DNA from: the human T2T-CHM13v2.0 reference genome, Homo sapiens
Assembly (NCBI GenBank): GCA_009914755.4
Contig: CP086569.2
Span: forward strand, 29,088,001-29,152,000
Length of the DNA stretch: 64,000 bases
Direction of reading: 5' to 3'
The notes beneath the pieces are model-generated. The model did not search any database. It was not told the DNA's origin and saw nothing but the letters and a program-made list of their open reading frames with translations. Shown here one piece after another: positions 56,805-64,000 of the stretch (positions are counted from its first letter, which is position 1; every line of letters starts with the position of its first letter). A program made the position numbers and the translations under genes.

Positions 56805-59800
56805 GGCCTGTCCATTACACTACATTCCCTTCCATTCCAATGAATTCCATTCCATTCCAATCCATTCCTTTCCTTTCGCTTGCATTCCATTCTATTCTCT
56901 TCTACTGCATACAATTTCACTCCATTCGTTCCCGTTCCATTCAATTCCATTCCATTCAATTCCATTCCGTTTGTTTCCATTCTCTTCGATTCCATTTCTT
57001 TATATTCCATGCCATTCGATTCCATTCTATTGGATTGCATTACATAAGTGTTCATTCCATTCCAGACCATTCCATTTGACTCCATTCCTTTCGAGCCCTT
57101 TCAATTTGAGTCCATTCCTTTCCAGTCCATTTCACTCCAGTCCATTACTATCCATTCCATACCATTCCATCCGATTCCATTGCATTCCATTCCATTCCAT
57201 TCCATTCCATTGCACTGCACTCCATTCCATTACATTCTACTCTATCTGAGTCGATTTTATTGCATTAGATTCTATTCCATTGGATTACTTTCCATTCGAT
57301 TACATTCCATTCATGTACATTCCATTCCAGTCAATTACATTCGAGTTCATTACGTTACATTCCAGTATATTCCATTCTATTCGATCCCATTCCTTTCAAT
57401 TCTATTTCATTCGACTCCATTATATTCGATTCCATTCCACTCGAATCCATTCCATTAGAGGACATTCCATTCCAATGCATTCCATTCCATTCCATAGCAT
57501 TCCATTGCATTCGATTCCATTCCATTTGATGCCATTCCATTTGATGCCATTCCATGACATTCCATTCCATTCGAGTCCATTCCGTTCCAATTCATTCCAT
57601 TCCGTTTCATGAAATTCGAGTCCTTTCCAGTACATTTCATTCCAATCCCATCCAATCCAATCTACTCCATTCAATTCCTTTCCATTCCATTTGATTTGAT
57701 TCCATTCAGTTTGATTCCATTCCGTGAAATTTCGTTCCATTCTATTCCATTGCATTACTTTCCATTCAATTCCATTCCATTTCATTTCAGTCCATTCGCT
57801 TCCTTTCCTTTCGATTCAATTCCATTTGATTCCACTCCATTCTATGCGATTTCATTCCAATCGATTCAATTCCATTCGATGACGTTCCTTTCGTTTCCAT
57901 TCCATTCGAGTCCATTCAATTTGAGCATTCGTGTCCATTCTATTCGAGTCCATTCCATTACCGTCTATTCTATTCCCTTCCATTCCTGTTGATTCAATTT
58001 CATTCCCTTCCATTCGATTCCTTTCCATTCGATTCCATTCCTTTCCATTCCATTCCATTCGTTCCCATTCCATGTGATTTCATTCCATTCCAGTCCATTA
58101 TATTCGAGTCCACTCCACTCCATTCTATTACATTCAATTCCTTTTGAGTCCGTTCCATAACACTCCATTCATTTCGATTCCATTTCTTGCCAGTTTTCTT
58201 CCATTTTATTCCATTCCGTTCGATTCCATTCCATTCGATTGCATTCCATTCGAATCCTTTCCATTCCATTTCATTCCATTCCTTTCTATTCCATTCCATT
58301 TCATTCGATTTGATTCCATTCTGTTCTATTCCATTCAATTCTTTTTCATTCCATTCGAATCCTTTCTATTGCAGTCCATTCCATTCGAGTCCATTCCAAT
58401 CCCTTCCATTCCATTCCATTACAGTCCATTCCAATAGATTCCATTCCTTTGTCTTCCATTCGAATCCATTCCATTCTAGTCCATTCCATTTGAGTCAATT
58501 CCATTCCATTCCATTCTATTCCTTTCCAATCCATTCGATTCCATTCGATTCAATTCCATTTGATTCTCTTTCATTCTATTTTATTCCATGCCATTTGATT
58601 GCATTGCATTCCATTCCGTTTGATTCCAGTCCAATCAAGAAAGTTCCACTCCAGTCCATTGCTTTCCAGTCCATTCTATTCCACTCTAGTCTATTCCACT
58701 CCATTCCTTTCCATTCCATTCCATACTATTCCATTCCATTCCTTTGCATTCCGTTTCCAATCTATTCGAGTCCATTGCATTCCAGTCCAATCCATTCGAT
58801 TACATTCCTTTTGATTCCCTGCCAGTCGATTGCATTGCATACTAGACCATTCCAAAGGAGTCCATTCCATTCTATCTCAACACTTTCCATTCCACTCTGT
58901 TCGAGTCCATTCCATTCCAGTCCATTTAATTCAAGGGCATACCATTCCATTCCATTCCATTTCATATTATTCCATTCCATTCAATTCCATTCCAGATGAT
59001 TCCTTTCCATTCTCTACCATTGCTCTCTGTTCCATTCCATTCCATCTGTCTCCATTCCTTTCGTTTCGATTCCTTTCCATTCCATTCCATTCCATTTGAT
59101 CCTATTTTATTAAATTGCATTCTATTCAAGTGATTTCCATTCGAGTCCTTTCCATTCGATTCCATTCCATTCTATTCCATTCCTTTGGATTCCATTCCAT
59201 TCCGTTCCGTTCACATCAATTCCTTGCGATTCCATTACATTCGATTTCTTGCCATTCGATTCCATTCCTTTTGACTCCATTTCATTCGATTCCATTCCAT
59301 TCCATTAACTTCCATTCCATTCGAGACCTTTCCATTGCAGTCTTTTCCCTTCGAGTCCATTCCGTTCGATTCCCTTCCATTCGATTCCATTCCATTGGAG
59401 TCCGTACCAGTCGAGTCCATTCTATTCCAGTCCATTAGTTTCGACTCCATTGCATTCGAGTGCATTCCATTCCGTGGCTGTCCATTCCATTCCGTTTGAT
59501 GCCATTCCATACGATTCCATTCAATTCGAGACCATTCTATTCCTGTCCATTCCTTGTGGTTCGATTCCATTTCACTCTAGTCCATTCCATTCCATTCAAA
59601 TCCATTCGACTCTATTCCGTTCCATTCAATTCCATTCCATTCGATTCCATTTTTTTCGAGAACCTTCCATTACACTCCCTTCCATTCCAGTGCATTCCAT
59701 TCCAGTCTCTTCAGTTCGACTCCATTCCATTCGTTTCGATTCCTTTCCATTCCAGCCCATTCCATTCCATTCCATTCCTTTCCTTTCCGTTTCATTAGAT

Positions 59801-60319
59801 TCCATTGCATTCGATTCCATTCAATTCAATTCCGTGCTATTCAATTTGATTCATTTCCATTTAATTCCATTCCATTAGATTCCATTCCGTTCGATTCCAT
59901 TCCTTTCGAATCCATTCCATTGGAGTCCATTCACTTCCAGAACATTCCATTCCAGTCGAATCCATTCGAGTACATTCCATTAAAGTTCATTACATTCTAA
60001 TACATTCCATTCCATTGCATTCCATTCCATTCCATTCGATGCCATTCGATTCCATTCCATGCCAAATCATTGCATTCCTTTCCATTCCGTTCCTATCAAT
60101 TCCATTCCTTTCGATTTAGTTTGATTCTATTCACTTCCATTCCATTCGATACCATTCCATTGGAGTCAATTCCTTTCGACACCCAGCCTTTCCAGTCAAT
60201 GTTTTTGGATTCCATTTTTTTGCATTCCATTACATTCTATGACATTCGATTCCGTTTCATTGCATTCCATTCCATACATTTTTATTCCATTCGAGACCGT
60301 AGCATTCCACTTTATTCCA
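56805..60319 (+). repeat. HSat3 HOR unit 17 (3515 bp), distal haplotype
   Basis: GGCC at 56805. The expected HaeIII site at 60320 is mutated to GGTC ('ttattccaggtctgtcc'). Confidence 0.88.
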
Positions 60320-63300
60320 GGTCTGTCCATTACACTACATTCCCTTCCATTCCAATGAATTCCATTCCATTCCAATCCATTCCTTTCCTTTCGCTTGCAT
60401 TCCATTCTATTCTCTTCTACTGCATACAATTTCACTCCATTCGTTCCCATTCCATTCAATTCCATTCCATTCAATTCCATTCCATTTGTTTCCATTCTCT
60501 TCGATTCCATTTCTTTATATTCCATGCCATTCGATTCCATTCTATTGGATTGCATTACATTCGTGTTCATTCCATTCCAGACCATTCCATTTGACTCCAT
60601 TCTTTTCGAGCCCTTTCAATTTGAGTCCATTCCTTTCCAGTCCATTTCACTCCAGTCCATTACTATCCATTCCATACCATTCCATCCCATTCCATTCCAT
60701 TCCATTCCATTCCATTCCATTCCATTCCATTGCATTCCATTCCATTCCATTCCATTGCACTGCACTCCATTCCATTACATTCTACTCTATCTGAGTCGAT
60801 TTTATTGCATTAGATTCTATTCCATTGGATTACTTTCCATTCGATTACATTCCATTCATGTACATTCCATTCCACTCAATTACATTCGAGTTGATTACAT
60901 TACATTCCAGTATATTCCATTCTATTCGATCCCATTCCTGTCAATTCCATTTCATTCGACTCCATTATATTCGATTCCATTCCACTCGAATCCATTCCAT
61001 TAGAGGACATTCCATTCCAATGCATTCCATTCCATTCCATAGCATTCTATTGCATTCGATTCCATTCCATTTGATGCCATTCCATTTGATGCCATTCCAT
61101 GACATTCCATTCCATTCGAGTCCATTCCGTTCCAATTCATTCCATTCCGTTTCATGAAATTCGAGTCCTTTCCAGTACATTTCATTCCAATCCCATCCAA
61201 TCCAATCTACTCCATTCAATTCCTTTCCATTCCATTTGATTAGATTCCATTGATTTGATTCCATTCAGTTTGATTCCATTCCGTGAAATTTCGTTCCATT
61301 CTATTCCATTGCATTACTTTCCATTCAATTCCATTCCATTTCATTTCAGTCCATTCGCTTCCTTTCCTTTCGATTCAATTCCATTTGATTCCACTCCATT
61401 CTATGCGATTTCATTCCAATCGATTCAATTCCATTCGATGACATTCCTTTCGTTTCCATTCCATTCGAGTCCATTCAATTTGAGCATTCGTGTCCATTCT
61501 ATTCGAGTCCATTCCATTACCGTCTATTCTATTCCCTTCCATTCCTGTTGATTCAATTTCATTCCCTTCCATTCGATTCCTTTCCATTCGATTCCATTCC
61601 TTTCCATTCCATTCCATTCGTTCCCATTCCATGTGATTTCATTCCATTCCAGTCCATTATATTCGAGTCCACTCCACTCCATTCTATTACATTCAATTCC
61701 TTTTGAGTCCGTTCCATAACACTCCATTCATTTCGATTCCATTTCTTGCCAGTTTTCTTCCATTTTATTCCATTCCGTTCGATTCCATTCCATTCGATTG
61801 CATTCCATTCGAATCCTTTCCATTCCATTTCATTCCATTCCTTTCTATTCCATTCCATTTCATTCGATTTGATTCCATTCTGTTCTATTCCATTCAATTC
61901 TTTTTCATTCCATTCGAATCCTTTCTATTGCAGTCCATTCCATTCGAGTCCATTCCAATCCCTTCCATTCCATTCCATTACTGTCCATTCCAATAGATTC
62001 CATTCCTTTGCCTTCCATTCGAATCCATTCCATTCTAGTCCATTCCATTTGAGTCAATTCCATTCCATTCCATTCTATTCCTTTCCAAACCATTCGATTC
62101 CATTCGATTCAATTCCATTTGATTCTCTTTCATTCTATTTTATTCCATGCCATTTGATTGCATTGCATTCCATTCCGTTTGATTCCAGTACATTCAAGAA
62201 AGTTCCATTCCAGTCCATTGCTTTCGAGTCCATTCCATTCCACTCTAGTCTATTCCACTCCATTCCTTTCCATTCCATTCCATACTATTCCATTCCATTC
62301 CTTTGCATTCCGTTTCCAATCTATTCGAGTCCATTGCATTCCAGTCCAATCCATTCGATTACATTCCTTTTGATTCCCTGCCAGTCGATTGCATTGCATA
62401 CTAGACCATTCCAAAGGAGTCCATTCCATTCTATCTCAACACTTTCCATTCCACTCTGTTCGAGTCCATTCCATTCCAGTCCATTTAATTCAAGGGCATT
62501 CCATTCCAATCCATTCCATTTCATATTATTCCATTCCATTCAATTCCATTCCAGATGATTCCATTCCATTCTATACCATTGCTCTCTGTTCCATTCCATT
62601 CCATCTGCCTCCATTCCTTTCGTTTCGATTCCTTTCCATTCCATTCCATTCCATTTGATCCTATTTTATTAAATTGCATTCTATTCGAGTGATTTCCATT
62701 CGAGTCCTTTCCATTAGATTCCATTCCATTCTATTCCATTCCTTTGGATTCCATTCCATTCCGTTCCGTTCACATCAATTCTTTGCGATTCCATTACATT
62801 CGATTTCTTGCCATTCGATTCCATTCCTTTTGACTCCATTTCATTCGATTCCATTCCATTCCATTAACTTCCATTCCATTCGAGACCTTTCCATTGCAGT
62901 CTTTTCCCTTCGAGTCCATTCCGTTCGATTCCCTTCCATTCGATTCCATTCCATTGGAGTCCGTACCAGTCGAGTCCATTCTATTCCAGTCCATTAGTTT
63001 CGACTCCATTGCATTCGAGTGCATTCCATTCCGTGGCTGTCCATTCCATTCCGTTTGATGCCATTCCATACGATTCCATTCAATTCGAGACCATTCTATT
63101 CCTGTCCATTCCTTGTGGTTCGATTCCATTTCACTCTAGTCCATTCCATTCCATTCAATTCCATTCGACTCTATTCCGTTCCATTCAATTCCATCCCATT
63201 CGATTCCATTATTTTCGAGAACCTTCCATTACACTCCCTTCCATTCCAGTGCATTCCATTCCAGTCTCTTCAGTTCGATTCCATTCCATTCGTTTCGATT

Positions 63301-63888
63301 CCTTTCCATTCCAGCCCATTCCATTCCATTCCATTCCATTCCTTTCCGTTTCTTTAGATTCCATTGCATTCGATTCCATTCAATTCAATTCCGTGCTATT
63401 CAATTTGATTCATTTCCATTTAATTCCATTCCATTAGATTCCATTCCGTTCGATTCCATTCCTTTCGAATCCATTCCATTGGAGTCCATTCACTTCCAGA
63501 ACATTCCATTCCAGTCGAATCCATTCGAGTACATTCCATTAAAGTTCATTACATTCTAATACATTCCATTCCATTGCATTCCATTCCATTCCATTCGATG
63601 CCATTCGATTCCATTCCATGCCAAATCATTGCATTCCTTTCCATTCCGTTCCTATCAATTCCATTCCATTCGATTTAGTTCGATTCTATTCACTTCCATT
63701 CCATTCGATTCCATTCCATTGGAGTCAATTCCTTTGGACACCCAGCCTTTCCAGTCAATGTTTTTGGATTCCATTTTTTTGCATTCCATTACATTCTATG
63801 ACATTCGATTCCGTTTCATTGCATTCCATTCCATACATTTTTATTCCATTCGAGACCGTAGCATTCCACTTTATTCCAGGCCTGTCCA
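60320..63888 (+). repeat. HSat3 HOR unit 18 (3569 bp)
   Basis: It is bounded by the mutated site (GGTC at 60320) and GGCC at 63889. Confidence 0.88.
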
Positions 63889-64000
63889 TTACACTACATT
63901 CCCTTCCATTCCAATGAATTCCATTCCATTCCAATCCATTCCTTTCCTTTCGCTTGCATTCCATTCTATTCTCTTCTACTGCATACAATTTCACTCCATT
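63889..64000 (+). repeat. Partial HOR unit, 5' portion only
   Basis: It is in phase with positions 751-862 of unit 1, so the array continues past the end of the window. Confidence 0.85.

Larger units (their letters stand above)
1..64000 (+). repeat. DYZ1: Human Satellite III (HSat3) array built from (ATTCC)n/(GGAAT)n pentamers in a ~3.55-kb higher-order repeat. It is probably a DYZ1 block from Yq12, and the array continues past both ends of the window.
   Basis: The + strand is dominated throughout by ccatt/attcc pentamers and diverged derivatives (ttcgatt, ccgtt, gcatt). Every ORF in the track has 15-nt periodicity: IPFHS on +, MEWNG on -. Landmark strings and ORFs recur at +3553, +3554 and +3574 bp. 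For example, the minus-strand ORF at 57..251 reappears at 3610..3804, 7164..7358 and 10738..10932. There is one GGCC (HaeIII) site per unit. Orientation is uniform. The satellite call has confidence about 0.95; the DYZ1/Yq12 assignment is lower, about 0.65, because it rests on the period length alone. Confidence 0.9.

Noticed and set aside
1-64000. Hundreds of overlapping 60-305-aa ORFs on both strands, as possible protein-coding genes
   Set aside because: All translate to (IPFHS)n or (MEWNG)n low-complexity repeats generated by the 5-nt satellite periodicity. They overlap on both strands and recur at the HOR period. They shift frame with single-pentamer indels and have no independent coding signal.
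1-64000. A CRISPR array, or another repeat-spacer architecture, suggested by the highly regular repeats
   Set aside because: There is no alternation of a short direct repeat with unique spacers. The periodicity is 5 bp nested in ~3.55 kb, and the 'spacer' content is itself repeated in every unit. This is eukaryotic satellite DNA.
1-64000. A pentapeptide-repeat or other repeat-protein gene, since the translations look like XXXXX x n
   Set aside because: The five-residue period is a direct consequence of the 5-nt DNA period (15 nt = 5 codons). The same DNA gives an equally long repeat 'protein' in every frame on both strands.
1-64000. Alpha-satellite or centromeric HOR
   Set aside because: There is no ~171-bp monomer periodicity and no CENP-B box (TTCGnnnnAnnCGGG). 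The basic unit is the ATTCC pentamer, which identifies HSat3.
1-64000. Classification as HSat2 instead of HSat3
   Set aside because: HSat2 is a more diverged (CATTCGATTC)2-ATG type repeat. Here long runs of undiverged ccatt pentamers dominate and are organised in a 3.55-kb HOR, which fits HSat3/DYZ1. I cannot exclude a mixed classification without a database comparison.
1-64000. Telomeric or subtelomeric repeat, or interspersed Alu/L1/DYZ2 elements
   Set aside because: No TTAGGG runs, Alu-like GC-rich segments, poly-A tails or ~2.4-kb DYZ2 units were seen. Every stretch I inspected reduces to diverged ATTCC pentamers.

Overview
The whole 64-kb window is a single tandem satellite array, with no unique sequence, genes, RNA genes or mobile elements. 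The + strand is an unbroken, uniformly oriented run of diverged (ATTCC)n pentamers, whose complement is (GGAAT)n. This is classical human Satellite III (HSat3). Above the pentamer there is a higher-order repeat (HOR) of about 3.55 kb. The window holds 18 complete head-to-tail copies plus two partial ones. Unit lengths are 3500–3574 bp, except one 2834-bp copy carrying an internal ~719-bp deletion. Adjacent copies are about 98–99.5% identical. Each unit carries one HaeIII (GGCC) site. A ~3.56-kb HaeIII-defined pentamer HOR is the signature of the male-specific DYZ1 family of Yq12 heterochromatin, so the most likely origin is a DYZ1 block of the human Y long arm. That assignment rests on my recollection of the DYZ1 unit size, not on a database search. 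Every ORF in the six-frame track is an artefact of the 5-nt periodicity (15 nt = 5 codons). Plus-strand ORFs translate to (I-P-F-H-S)n and minus-strand ORFs to (M/G-E-W-N-G)n, and they recur at the 3.55-kb HOR period, so none is reported as a CDS. I find no support for a novel biological system, whether a defence island, operon or CRISPR array. The points worth a second look are structural: the deletion-bearing HOR copy, haplotype blocks along the array, indels in the pentamer register, loss of the HaeIII site in one copy, and recurring perfect heat-shock-element trimers in every HOR copy.
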